Part shown: positions 1-10,792 of the stretch, piece after piece
Position numbering within the stretch: the first letter of the stretch is position 1
How the letters are laid out: each line of letters begins with the position of its first letter
From: Psychromonas sp. KJ10-10
Lineage (GTDB): Bacteria; Pseudomonadota; Gammaproteobacteria; Enterobacterales; Psychromonadaceae
DNA length: 24,000 bases
Assembly (NCBI RefSeq): GCF_047323245.1
Contig: NZ_CP178826.1
Location: 4,058,807 to 4,082,806, forward strand
Reading direction: 5' to 3'
Notes under the pieces: model-generated
Database searches by the model: none
Seen by the model: the letters and a program-made list of their open reading frames with translations, nothing else
What the model was told of the DNA's origin: nothing
Position numbers and translations under genes: made by a program

Positions 1-470
1 GATCCCATAGTTGCGCCGATTACCTTTGGATTATAAAAATCAGCACAATCAGTACTACAAACAACATTGTTAATTCCATACCAATCAGCAACACGTAGGA
101 TCGTTCCTAAATTACCAGGATCTCCCACTTGATCTAATACTAAAATAAGCTCATTTTCTTGTATTTCAGGAAGTTTTCCTTCGATACATTCCACTATTGC
201 TAAGGCGCTATTATTAGAGAGTAAAGTACCCGCTTTTTTTAATTCATCTTCACTCGCTTCCAGTGTTTTACCAATAACATTATGCGCTGTTAATAATGCA
301 CTGTTTTTATTGATAAAGTTTGTTGTAGCAAACAAGTGTTTAATAGTGAAAGGGCTATTAAACAACTCCAACACATTTTTCTCACCCTGAACTAAAAACA
401 AGTTATTATTTTTGCGATGTTTTTTAGATTCAAGAGATCTAATAAGTTTTAACTGATTTTTAGAAATCAT
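1..470 (-). CDS. TrmH/SpoU-family RNA 2'-O-methyltransferase, N-terminal part (3' end runs off window start)
   Basis: Manual minus-strand translation from ATG at 468-470 gives MISKNQLKLIRSLESKKHRKNNNLFLVQGEKNV...ILVLDQVGDPGNLGTILRVADWYGINNVV. This is a SpoU substrate-binding N-domain followed by the start of the methylase domain. AGGAAA Shine-Dalgarno sequence just upstream. It is absent from the ORF track because there is no stop inside the window. Confidence 0.75.
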   Translation of the reverse strand, partial: MISKNQLKLIRSLESKKHRKNNNLFLVQGEKNVLELFNSPFTIKHLFATTNFINKNSALLTAHNVIGKTLEASEDELKKAGTLLSNNSALAIVECIEGKLPEIQENELILVLDQVGDPGNLGTILRVADWYGINNVVCSTDCADFYNPKVIGATMG

Positions 471-499
471 TTTTTTCCTGAATTGGATTAATATGCTTT

Positions 500-543
500 T
501 TTATAAGTAACAACACATAGCTATTTATAAGTAACAACACATA
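500..543. repeat. Tandem direct repeat: 20-nt unit TTTATAAGTAACAACACATA at 500-519 and 524-543 (period 24)
   Basis: Read directly. The second copy contains the last codons and stop of rimI; the first copy is a duplicated relic in the rimI-trmH spacer. Confidence 0.9.
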
Positions 544-983
544 ACAAGGGCATCTTCGCGACCCGTTTCACTTGGGTAATAGTCCTTGCGAATGTCTACT
601 TCTACAAAACCTAAGCCTTGGTAAAGATGAATCGCATTTTGGTTCGAAGCACGCACCTCCAACCAAATTTCTTGTTCATTGTTTTCACGGCTATAGTCTA
701 ATAAATACTGTAATAATACACGTCCAATACCCTGCCCTTGATATTCTGGTGAAATTGCAATATTCATCAAGGTTACTTCACCCGCCACAGAGCTAGCTAC
801 GAAGTAACCAATCACCTCATCATTTAGCATAATTAAATGATTAAAATATCGTTTTCCAAAGTTACTTAAAAAGACCTTTTCAGACCAAGGATGAGTATGT
901 GATTTTGCTTCTATTTGCGTCACCGCGTTTATATCAGCCAATCCCATAGGTTGAATGTTTAATAATGATACTTCACAGTGCAC
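525..983 (-). CDS. rimI: Ribosomal-protein-alanine N-acetyltransferase RimI (GNAT)
   Basis: 152-aa ORF collinear with E. coli RimI (HPWSEKVF, ...TLMNIAISPEYQGQGIGRVLL..., WLEVRASN..AI.LY..LGF, YYP...GREDA). It lies directly after holD, as in the E. coli holD-rimI operon. The GTG start at 981-983 overlaps the holD stop. Confidence 0.9.
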   Translation of the reverse strand: MHCEVSLLNIQPMGLADINAVTQIEAKSHTHPWSEKVFLSNFGKRYFNHLIMLNDEVIGYFVASSVAGEVTLMNIAISPEYQGQGIGRVLLQYLLDYSRENNEQEIWLEVRASNQNAIHLYQGLGFVEVDIRKDYYPSETGREDALVMCCYL

Positions 984-1362
984 AAAATTGTTCCCAGAGT
1001 TGTTTTTTAGCTTTTGGTTGATGCATCAATGCTTGCAATTGGTGGAGAGGTTAATAGATGATGCCCACTCATTTGTTTTATTTTTCCAAGTGTTGACCAA
1101 ATAATATCGGGAAGATTACCCTGTTGGTTTTCAAACTGTTCTAAACTACAGCAACAAACATGGCTTTTTTAATATTGAAGGCTTTTAAAATTGCGATGGT
1201 TAAAGGGTGTTCAAATTCCTCTTGTGTAGCAACAAATAACAAATGACAATCACTCAAATCAAGCAATGGAAAACCACTACCCTGAGCAAATAATGCGGGT
1301 TTACGAACCTGCCAATGAGTGATCCCCATTTCTTGTAAATAAAAGGCTTTTTGATGCAACAT
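974..1362 (-). pseudogene. holD: DNA polymerase III psi subunit HolD, reading frame broken twice
   Basis: From ATG 1360-1362: MLHQKAFYLQEMGITHWQVRKP (compare E. coli HolD ...QLQQLGITQWSLRRP). Frame 1 stops at 1141. The protein continues in a second frame (SHVCCCSLEQFENQQGNLPDIIWSTLG...SPPIASIDAS) and ends in a third (KAKKQLWEQFCAL*, compare E. coli ...AALWQQIC). Shifts are at the T6 run 1165-1170 and near 1009-1016. Confidence 0.8.
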
Positions 1363-1528
1363 AACCAGCTCAGAAATAATGTTTGAAAGGTAATAATAAC
1401 ATTCTGAAAATAACATGTAACGATTACTTTTTATCGCGCTATATTCACTGTTTAAACCGTAACGTAAATTATTTGTTAAAAGGGCCAATGTAGCTGTAAG
1501 ATAGCGACGCTAATAACAATATAAAAGG

Positions 1529-1972
1529 ATGATTAAAATGACTAAATGGGCGGAAAGATTTCTGCAAATGGCTGAATTAGTAGCATCTTGGAGTAAAGAC
1601 CCTTCAACACAAGTTGGTGCCGTCATTACTGAGCATAACCGTATTGTTTCTTTAGGTTTTAATGGTTATCCGCACGGTATTTCAGACAGCGCGATCACCG
1701 ATAACAGAGAATTAAAATTACTAAAAACATTACACGCAGAAGAGAATGCTATTCTTTATGCAAAGCGCGATTTAAAAGGTTGTGAGATTTGGGTAACACA
1801 TTTTCCCTGTCCTAACTGTGCGACGAAAATTATTCAAACTGGTATTAGCGTGGTGCATTGCACAGAACAAAGTGAAGATTTTTTATCTCGCTGGGGCGAT
1901 AAAATTCAACTTAGCGAAGAAATGTTTAATCAATCAGGGGTAAAAGTAGATTGGTTACCTTTAGAAAAGTGA
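1529..1972 (+). CDS. Deoxycytidylate (dCMP) deaminase / ComEB-like cytidine-deoxycytidylate deaminase family protein
   Basis: Zinc-deaminase motifs HAEENA and PCPNC with dCMP-deaminase-like spacing. The more likely start is ATG 1538 (AAGGA 10 nt upstream); the ORF-track start is 1529. Confidence 0.8.
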   Translation: MIKMTKWAERFLQMAELVASWSKDPSTQVGAVITEHNRIVSLGFNGYPHGISDSAITDNRELKLLKTLHAEENAILYAKRDLKGCEIWVTHFPCPNCATKIIQTGISVVHCTEQSEDFLSRWGDKIQLSEEMFNQSGVKVDWLPLEK

Positions 1973-1975
1973 TAA

Positions 1976-2014
1976 TTAGATGCTTATTAATAATTAATAA
2001 GCATCTAATTTTTT
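1976..2014 (+). terminator. Rho-independent terminator after the deaminase gene
   Basis: Near-perfect palindrome TTAGATGCTTATTAAT/ATTAATAAGCATCTAA followed by T6 (2009-2014). Confidence 0.85.
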
Positions 2015-2177
2015 CGCCTCACCAAAAACTCAATTCAGAGTATTTATTTAAATACATTTAATGTGAATTCCATTAACATTTTAGTAACTTAAAAACGCTT
2101 TTTTTTCTATCTCCTATACTTTCCTCATTTCTTGCCTATTCTTATTTTTAATAACTAATGTTTAAGGAAAAGCTGAA

Positions 2178-3806
2178 ATGATTAATGTGATAAAAAAAGC
2201 ATCAGAGCAAAACTTTCTCTTGCAATGGGGCTAGTGTCTTTATGTTTAATAATAATGTTCTTAGTATATGGTAATTTAACTAATAATCTAAACACCGGAA
2301 TCACCAATTTAGGGACAAAATTTATGCCCTCTCAGTCTGCGATTCTCAATGCAGATAGAGATTTATATCAGGCTTATGTAGCACAACTTATCTATATTGA
2401 AACAGCTTCAGCTGAGCAAAAAAATGATTACGAAGAAAATGCTCAACAAGCATTTGATCGAATGAAGGTATACCTTTCCACCCTATCAGATTACCCCGAT
2501 ATTAGTGCTAAACTTACTCAGTTTGATGGACAATTTAAGAGCTGGAAAAAAGTAGCAGATCAAGTATTAGTATTGGTTGATAATAATAAAAAAGATGAGG
2601 CTTACCAATTAATTCATTCTGATAGCGCTAGCCAATTTTCCAAACTAAGAGATCTTTATGATATTGCTGGAGAAGCAGTTAACCAACTAGCGGTAACAGA
2701 AGATGAATTACTCCATGCAGAAACTCAAAAAACCAATAAAGCATTAACCATCTTTTTATGCTTAGTTGTCATTCTAATTATTGCATTAACCTACTTTGTT
2801 CCTAAAATGCAAGTAGATGGCATCCGTGGGTTGAACAATAGAATAAAAGAAATTAGTGAAGGCGATGGAGACCTTACACAACGTATTTCTTCAACAAGAA
2901 CAGATGAACTTGGACAACTCGCTAATACATTTGATGACTTTATTGCCCAATTACAGGGCCTCATAAAAGAACTACGTGAAAGTAGTGATGAACTTAATCA
3001 CAATGCAGTAGATTCTAGATTCAACCTATCAAAGTAGCCAAGAACTCAATCAATTTCAAAGCGATAATATCGAAATGATTGCAACCGCAGTTAATGAATT
3101 TAGCGTTTCGATTCGAGAGGTTGCAAGTAATGTACAGAATGCAACTAATGCGACTGGTGAAACGGATCTTTTAACAGAGCAAGGTATGCAAGTTATCGAT
3201 CATTCTGAGCTTCAAGTAAAAGACTTATCCCATTCAATTCAAAATGCAAAAACTGTGATTGAAAACCTCAGTGAAGACTCTGATAACATTGCAACCGTGC
3301 TTGATGTTATACGCAGTATTGCAGAACAAACTAATTTATTAGCATTAAATGCGACCATAGAAGCGACAAGAGCAGGAGAACAAGGCCGAGGATTTGCAGT
3401 TGTAGCGGATGAAGTTCGTTCATTGGCAAGTAAAACTCAGCATTCAACAGAAGAAATTCAACAAATGATTAATAAACTACAGGTCGGAGTAAAAAATGCA
3501 GTCACTTCAATTCAAGAAGGTGCAGAAAAAGTGCGACAAAACGTAGAATCTGTTGAGAAAACAAAAGAAATGTTTATTGGTATTCAAACCTCAAGCCGCC
3601 AGGTTAATGACTTGACCTCTCAAATAGCCGTGGCAACCGAGCAACAGAGTAATGTTTCAGAAGAAATTAATAATAATATCGTTAATCTCAATGATAAAAA
3701 TTCGCAGAGCAAAATTCTTTCTGACAAAGTCCAACAAATTTCCGGTTTAGTGGGAAGTTGTTCTCAAAAACTAGCCAAAGATATTAACCGTTTTACTGTT
3801 CACTAA
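2178..3806 (+). pseudogene. Methyl-accepting chemotaxis protein (N-terminal sensor, TM, HAMP, MA signalling domain), two frame breaks
   Basis: ATG 2178 with AAGGAA 8 nt upstream gives MINVIKK. The typical MCP N-terminus KKSIRAKLSLAMGLVSLCLII is in the next frame (shift in A7 run 2192-2198). HAMP (DELGQLANTFDDFI) is followed by a stop at 3035-3037. The signalling domain (IATAVNEFSVSI..., EQTNLLALNATIEATRAGEQGRGFAVVADEVRSLA) continues in another frame (shift ~3009-3020). Confidence 0.85.
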
Positions 3807-3822
3807 GCCTCGCATTAAACCT

Positions 3823-3858
3823 AAAAACCTTGTGATAAGGGCTTATCACAAGGTTTTA
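3823..3858. terminator. Bidirectional rho-independent terminator between MCP (+) and ybbP-like gene (-)
   Basis: A-run, then 13-bp stem ACCTTGTGATAAG/CTTATCACAAGGT, then T-run. Confidence 0.8.
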
Positions 3859-3864
3859 CTAGAA

Positions 3865-6302
3865 TTAAAGTGGTTTCAATAATTGTTTAAACAAACTGTG
3901 TAAACTACCGAGCACAATTAATAATGCGATAATAGGTAGTGTTGCCCACAAAGAAACATGTAAAGAAGGCACCAACTTAAATCCCCACTGCATAAGATTA
4001 TAAACCAATGCCTCAGCACCAATAGTAGCCACCAGCCCAGCAACAACAGCCAGCAAACCATATTCAGACCATAAAGTGCGACTTATGCGTTGTTTGGTCG
4101 CTCCTAAAGTACGATATAACATCACTTCACTTTGACGTTGTTTTAGGCTCAATCTTAGTAGGGTAAACATTAATAATAGCCCACTAAATACGGCAATAGC
4201 GACAAAGAACGGTCAAGGATAAAGAGACCTGTGCAAGCATCGCCTGTAACTTGCTTCCTAGCACCCTAAAATCGAGTAGACTAATAGTCGGATATTCACG
4301 AGACAATTGATTCAATAAATCATTATCTTTTTCTTCTAATTTTGCACTCATCATCCAGGTTGCAGGTAAATCTTTTAAAACATCCGGGGTAAAAATAAAT
4401 ACAAAATTAGGCTTCATAGACTGCCAATACACTTCACGAATACTATTTACTGTTGCTTTAACTTGTATGCTATTAATCGTGAAGGTTAACTCATCACCAA
4501 TGTTTAACCTTAATTCTCTAGCCACCTTTTGCTCAACAGAAACACCTTGGGAGTCGCTCCACTGCCCTTCAATGACTTTATTGTATTCAGGTATCGTTTC
4601 TCCCCAGGTGAAATTCACCTCCCGTCTGAGAATATTTGCAGGGTTATCTTGATACTCTTCAGCCCGATAAACATCAACACCATTGATAAAACTCAAACGT
4701 CCACGAGAAACAGAAAAAGCCTCGGAGCGTTCAATATTGCGCAGATCAAAATGGCTTAAATAAGTATCAAGTTCGTTGCTATTAATATTAATTGCAAACA
4801 CATTCGGCGCATTGTCAGGCACTGCTTCTTGCCAATCGCCAACCAGGTCGGCTCTTAGTAACCAAATAACTGCAATCAACATTAAAGACCCAGACAAAGC
4901 GACAAGTTGCATTAAACTTTGTTTAGGGCTTCGTTTTAAACGGCTGATCGCTAGGGACATAGATGCTCCCCATTTAAAGTGCCCTACTAAAATGATAAAC
5001 CCGTAACTTATCAACGCCAGAATTAAAAATAGCCCGATCAAACCCAATAAAACTAACCACACCATCGGCGCATCAAGGTAATAATAAACAAATGCTACTA
5101 ATGGAAATAATACTAACCACCAAGCTGGTTTGGTGATGCTTTTTGTTTGTTGTAAAACATTGATCGCAGGTGTATCCAATAGCTGTTTTAGTGGAATTCC
5201 TAATGCCGGAATGGCCACCAAAATAGCAACAGCTCCTCCAATAAAAAAGGTGCAGAGCCATAACTAGGTAAAGTTTCCGGTAAAACATCCGTTAAAGGTA
5301 AGCGAAGTAAAGCTTCAATAACAATGCCTAATAAGGAACCAACGGCTAGAGCAATTACTAACAAAAGACTGACTTGTAAAATTAACCAACGTTTTAACCA
5401 AACTCGACTCGCTCCTAAACTTTTCAACATGGCAATGGTTTGAGCGCGACCAGAAACATAATGAGAACAGGTCATTATCAAGGTCAAACTGGCCATAACA
5501 ATAACCATTAATATGGTTAAGGATAGATATTGTTTGGCTTTATCAACAAAACCGCCACGATTATTTTCATCCTCATCGCTTCTCCACCTCTCCCCGGTTG
5601 AAGCTCTACACTATTCTGCAAGTCATTTAATTGGTTTTCAGTGCCGTTAAAAAAACGTTTATAACGAACACGACTACCGAGTTGTAATGCCCCTGTTTTT
5701 TCAATATCTGACACATGAATAAATACATTAGGAATACTATCAAAGGGATTAAAAACCAATTCTGGATCAGCATCAATAATACCCGATACAACTAACTCAG
5801 CATCACCAATAGCAACTTGATCGCCAATATCTACCTCTAATAATCCAAGTATTCGTTCAGATACCCATAATTCTCCCGGCAATACATGTGAATTAATAGT
5901 ATTTTGTTTTGTTCTTAAACGTAATTCTCCACGTAAAGGGTAAAGGCTATCAACCGCTTTAACACTAATGAGATACATAGAAGTATCACTAAAACTCATG
6001 GTTCTAAAGCTGACCTGATCAGATTGAGGCAATTCAAGCTGATCTGCTTTTTCAATAATTAAAGGATTAATAGGATTATTACTGCGTTGTACTAAGTCAG
6101 CACCAAGCATGGAACGACCTTCTGCTGTCATGACTTTTTCAACACGCATGGCTAATGCAGAGAGCGCAACCACACACGCGACAATCAATACTAAAGCTGC
6201 GACCACAGGCCATAATTGCGCGGAATATATTTCTCGCCAACTCCACCTCAATAAAAGAGGAGACTTAGCCTGAGATGGATTAACAGAGGTTGATTCGTTC
6301 AT
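3865..6302 (-). pseudogene. ybbP: ABC transporter permease, YbbP/FtsX-family (two FtsX modules), three frame breaks
   Basis: Four consecutive minus-strand ORFs (5517-6302, 5200-5508, 4184-5221, 3865-4170) join into one ~810-aa YbbP-like permease. The junctions read QPG|ERWRSDEDENNRGGFVDKAKQYLSLTILMVIV (C4 run 5592-5595), SAPF|FIGGAVAILVAIPALG (A6 run 5243-5248) and SLSLTVL|FVAIAVFSGLLLMFTLL (~4204-4206). It lies 3 nt downstream of ybbA. Confidence 0.85.
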
Positions 6303-6305
6303 GTG

Positions 6306-7029
6306 TTACTTAACCTCCGCTATTGTATTATTCTGTTTTTGCTCAGCTTGAGTGACCTCTTCTATAATTTTTCCGTCATCGATACGTAAAATACGCGAAC
6401 AACGAGCCGCTAACTGCTCATCATGGGTAACCAAAATTAATGTTGTATCACTATCTCTATTCATGGCAAACAAAAGCTCAATAATATTTGTTGCCGTGGT
6501 TTTATCTAAATTGCCCGTTGGTTCATCGGCAAATAATATTTTCGGTTCACTCATAAAGGCGCGTGCTAAAGCAACTCGTCGCTAGCTCACCACCTGATAA
6601 TTGCGTTGGTAAATGCAACTCTCTACCCGCCAGCCCTACTGATTTTAATAATGCTTTGGCTTTAGTTTGATTTTCACCCTCTCCCCGAAGGACGGTGGGA
6701 AGAGTGACATTTTCAATGGCGTTGAGAGAGGGGATCAATAGAAAGCTTTGGAAAACAAATCCAATCGACTCACCACGTAGTCGCGCTCTCGCTTCATCAT
6801 CTAATTTGCTTAGGGGTTGGCCTAATAATTCAATCTCCCCAGAAGTTGGTACATCTAATCCAGCTAACAGCGTCATCAATGTTGATTTTCCCGCGCCAGA
6901 GGTACCAATAATTGCCACGGTTTCAGCTTTGCTGACTTGTAATGAAATATCACTTAGAATAGATAACTTGTTACCGTGAGCGGTAATCGATTTAGACAGT
7001 GATTTTACTTTTAAAATAGGCTCAGACAT
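6306..7029 (-). pseudogene. ybbA: ABC transporter ATP-binding protein YbbA-like, one frame break
   Basis: Walker A GTSGAGKST. The ABC signature LSGGE is followed by out-of-frame text; RRVALARAFMSEPKILFADEPTGNLD (Walker B) and the rest are in the next frame. Shift ~6581-6586. The tesA/ybbA/ybbP arrangement matches E. coli. Confidence 0.88.
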
Positions 7030-7665
7030 GACTAAATTCTTTTCCTTTATATTTACATTTATATTTACCGTATTTATTACGATATCAAGTAGCGTTGCGA
7101 TCAGTAAAAACTTATTAATTGTGGGAGACAGCTTAAGTGCTGGCTACAACATGCCAATTGAACAAAGCTGGCCTGTGTTGTTAAATCAAAAATATCAACA
7201 GGATAATCTGCCTGTCACCGTAATTAACGCCAGCATTTCTGGTGATACTACGGGAAACGGGCTAGAGCGACTCCCTAACCTATTAGCGCAACACAACCCT
7301 GATTATTTATTAATTGCTTTAGGTGCAAATGATGGCTTACGTGGTTTTTCAACTAATATCATTAGCGATAACTTAACGCAGATGATCACGCTTAGCCAGT
7401 CAAAATCTGTTCAAGTATTATTGATGCAGATCAAGATACCCCAAATTACGGAAAACGCTATAACCAATTATTTACGGATATTTATCCCAATCTAGGTGAA
7501 AGCTTTGATGTTCCCGTGCTTGATTTCTTTTTAGAAGAAGTAATTGTTAAACCAGAGTGGATGATGAAAGACGGCTTACACCCTCAAGCAGTGGCGCAAC
7601 CTTGGATTGCAGACTTTATGCAAGCACAAATACAAACACATCTTCAAATCAGCGCATCAAAATAA
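7028..7665 (+). pseudogene. tesA: Multifunctional acyl-CoA thioesterase I / protease I / lysophospholipase L1 (TesA, SGNH hydrolase), one frame break
   Basis: Signal peptide, then the GDSLSAGY block, GANDGLRG and LLMQIKIP. The continuation PNYGKRYNQLFTDIYPNLGESFDVPVLDFFLEEV...DGLHP (compare E. coli LPANYGRRYNEAF...DGIHP) is in the next frame. Shift at C4 run 7439-7442. Stop at 7663-7665. Confidence 0.88.
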
Positions 7666-7754
7666 GTGAATTAAAATAGACATTGAAACCAGCCATAAAT
7701 TCATTCTTTGTCTTTTTATTTTTTTAATTGCAGAAAACCCTTTCGCCCAAATTT

Positions 7755-7776
7755 AGGCATAGTCCTGCCTTTTTTT
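7755..7776 (+). terminator. Possible weak rho-independent terminator after tesA
   Basis: AGGCA-tagtcc-TGCCT followed by T7. The stem is short. Confidence 0.4.
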
Positions 7777-7962
7777 GGTGCAAAACCATCACAAAACTGT
7801 CAATAAAATTTTTAACTATATAATTTTAAATAAGTAATTTTATGGCATGTAAATTTCATGTTTTTAATTTATGATTTTAATTATTTGTTTAAAAAGCCTT
7901 TATTGAATAGAAAACAACGTATTCCAATAGTTTTTTAATAATTAAACTCTTAAGGAAAAAAT

Positions 7963-9560
7963 ATGGAATCAATTTTAATTGTCATTTTCATTTCTCTAGC
8001 CATCGCAAGTGTTCTCAATATCTTGCTTAAAAAAATCGGCGTATCCCATATTATTGGTTACATCATAACGGGTGTCATTATCAGTAATATGTTTGATTTT
8101 AACGGCCATGATGATCTTAATGCACTAGAGCTAATCGGAGAGTTTGGGATTGTTTTCCTGATGTTTACCGTCGGCCTAGAAATGTCCTTTTCTAAACTAT
8201 CAAAAATGAAAGAAATCATTCTGTTTAACGGCTTTGTACAAGTAGTGCTCAGCTCGGCTATCATTTTTGTAATTGCTTATTATATTTTCAATATTGATAG
8301 CACGCCTTCAATCGTCATCGCACTTGCCTTTAGCTTATCATCCACAGCAATTGTCTTAACTTACTTAAAAACTTCTAAAGATATCCTCACCCCCTATGGC
8401 CAAAAATCCGTAGCAATATTAATTTTCCAAGATTTAGCCGTTATTCCAATTTTATTACTGATTAGCTTTTTATCCTACGATGATTTGTCTGTGAGCGATA
8501 TTCTATTAAAAACGGCTTTATCAGCCACAGCTATCATTTTATTTATGTTTACATTAGGTAAAAAATTAATTGAATGGCTTCTGCATTTCTCAAGCAACGT
8601 AAAGCTTGAGGAGGTTTTTTTAGCATCAGTTTTAAGCATTGTGGTGGGCACATCATTATTAGCTCATGAAATGGGGTTCACCTATTCCTTAGGCGCTTTT
8701 ATAGCAGGAATGATCATTGCTGAAACCACCTTTCATGTTAAAGTCGAATCCGATATTGCATCCTATAAAGACTTGTTATTAGGTGCTTTTTCTTTTCTAT
8801 TGGCACTAAAATAGACATGTTTCATTTTATTACTCATCTACATATTGTGTTTGCAGTATTAGTTATTACCATGTTGATTAAAGCATTAATCATTTTTATG
8901 TTGATCAGAAAAAAATCCAGTAAGAGTGATGCGATTAAATCGGCCATTTCACTTTGTCAAATTGGAGAGTTTTCCTTTGCCATTTTCTCACTAGCGATTA
9001 GCCAAAATGTGATTACTAATGAATTAGGTAGCTTTCTTATATTAGTGACAGTGTTGTCTATGATAATCACACCATTTATGCTTAATAAAATTTATAAACT
9101 GGCCTCATTCTTTGTTATCGAATTTTATGAATCAGATAAAATTACACCAATCACAGCTACCAACCATACCATTGTTTGTGGCTTTGCCACTTTAGGTCAA
9201 ATGACAGCTGATGAATTACAAAGAAAGAAAGTCACTTTTGTTATTATCTCAGACAATTTACAACATGTTTTAAAGGCACGAAAATCAGGGTATAAAGCAT
9301 ATTTTGGACACCTCGATAAACTACCCGTTTTAGAATCGCTAAAAGTCGAACAGACAGCGAGCATTATTATTACTGTCAATACCCTTAGGACGAAGAAAAT
9401 TATTTGCCAAGCAGTATTAAATTACTTCCCAAACGCCAAGCTAGTGGTAAAAGTAAATACCAGTGAAGAACGGGATGAATTATCAGATCTAAATATACAA
9501 TCATTTGTACATGCCCAACAGGAAACGGCACAACTACTAGTAAAACAAAGTATTATTTAA
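7963..9560 (+). pseudogene. CPA2-family monovalent cation:proton antiporter (KefB/KefC-like) with C-terminal RCK/TrkA-N domain, one frame break
   Basis: Na+/H+ exchanger-type TM region (GEFGIVFLMFTVGLE, ILIFQDLAVIP). The junction KDLLLGAF|FFSIGTKIDMFHF is restored by lengthening the T-run 8786-8790 by one. The C-terminal segment TIVCGFATLG...VIISDN resembles an RCK fold. AAGGA lies before ATG 7963. Confidence 0.8.
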
Positions 9561-9590
9561 CCTCAGTTCTGGATAAGCAAAACGATACAG
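9559..9590 (+). repeat. Copy 1 of conserved-loop hairpin repeat (AACCTCAGTTCTGGATAAGCAA + AACGATACAG arm)
   Basis: 21/22 identity with 13676-13697. It overlaps the antiporter stop codon. The imperfect left arm GTATTATTT pairs with AAAACGATAC. Confidence 0.7.
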
Positions 9591-9606
9591 TACCGTTATT
9601 TAAAAA

Positions 9607-9652
9607 ATAGTGCCAATACACTTAGTAAAACACATAGCTGTATTGGCACTAT
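9607..9652. repeat. Perfect 14-bp inverted repeat ATAGTGCCAATACA / TGTATTGGCACTAT with 18-nt loop
   Basis: Read directly. It is preceded by an A6 run, so a T-run follows on the minus strand. There is no T-run on the plus side. Confidence 0.85.
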
Positions 9653-9895
9653 GATAATGCCTCTACTTCACTTATATTTATTTGTTGCACAATTGTTACA
9701 CACAAAACCTATTAACCATAAAAATTAAATGGTCTTTATTGGTGCAATTTGAATTTTTATGCATAAATTTGGACATTAAAATCATAAACAAATAACAAAA
9801 AACACCACAAACAACACAAAAACAATAACTTAAAAACTGGCATCTATTTTGCTTAAGAACAAATAAGAATTGTTAATAACTTGTTAAGGAATGTT

Positions 9896-10709
9896 ATGTC
9901 GTATATAGAACCTAGTGAATTTGTTACAAAAATGGTTGATACAGGTGAATCAAAAATTTACATGTCAACAAAAGATACACTTATCCGAGCATTTATGGCC
10001 GGTGCTATTTTAGCATTAGCAACTGTCTTTGCGATCACCGTCGCAACTAAAACAGGCAGTGCTATTTTAGGTGCCTGTCTATTCCCAGTTGGCTTTATTA
10101 TGTTGTACCTAATGAAGTTCGACTTATTAACAGGTGTATTTACCTTAGTACCATTATCACTGCTTGATAAACGTCCTGGTGTAACTTTTTCTGGTGTAAT
10201 GCGTAACTGGGGATTAGTGTTTATCGGTAATTTTGCTGGTGCATTAACAACGGCATTTATGATGTCATTTATTTTAACTTATGGTTATGCAACTGATGGT
10301 GGTGCTATCGCAGACAAAAGTGAGCACTATTGGTGAATCACGTACTTTAGGTTATCAAGAACATGGTGCAGGCGGTTGGTTCACTATCTTTATCCGCGGT
10401 ATGTTATGTAACTGGATGGTATCAATGGGTGTTGTTGGTGCAATGATCTCAAGCTCAGCAGGTGGTAAAATGCTGGCAATGTGGATGCCTATCATGTTGT
10501 TCTTCTTTATGGGTTTTGAGCATTCAATTGTTAATATGTTTTTATTCCCATTTTCTATGATCATGGGTGGTGAGTTCACTGTTTACGATTACTTATTATG
10601 GAATGAAATTCCTACTGTATTAGGTAATTTAGTAGGTGGGTTATTTCTGGTAGGTTTACCACTTTATTTCACACATGTTAAAACATCACCAGAGCGTAAA
10701 CTTGCATAA
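9896..10709 (+). pseudogene. Formate/nitrite transporter (FNT) family channel, one frame break
   Basis: ATG 9896 with AAGGA upstream. FNT hallmarks are present: FDLLTG (constriction Thr) and GFEHSIVNMF (central His). The junction GGAIADK|VSTIGESRTLGYQEHGAGGWF is restored by shortening the A4 run 10316-10319. Confidence 0.85.
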
Positions 10710-10740
10710 TCTAGTTTAACAACCTCTGAGTTTTTGATGT

Positions 10741-10775
10741 AAGGCTTCGTGATGAATATTACGGAGCCTTTTTAC
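10741..10775 (+). terminator. Hairpin plus T-run between FNT gene and kinase gene (terminator or attenuator)
   Basis: AAGGCTTCGT-gatgaatatt-ACGGAGCCTT followed by TTTT. A strong AAGGAG RBS for the next gene follows. Confidence 0.55.
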
Positions 10776-10792
10776 TTTAAAGGAGTTAAAGA

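Noticed and set aside
3014-6586. Two frameshift sites coincide with CTAG-containing hexamers (TCTAGA 3014-3019 in the MCP, GCTAGC 6581-6586 in ybbA). This raised the idea of an engineered 4-nt or stop-linker insertion.
   Set aside because: None of the other ~16 shift sites contains CTAG. Deleting CTAG in ybbA would shorten the invariant LSGGE-xx-RVA spacing by one residue, whereas a single-base correction keeps it. The CTAG at 5262-5265 is in frame. Coincidence is the simpler reading.
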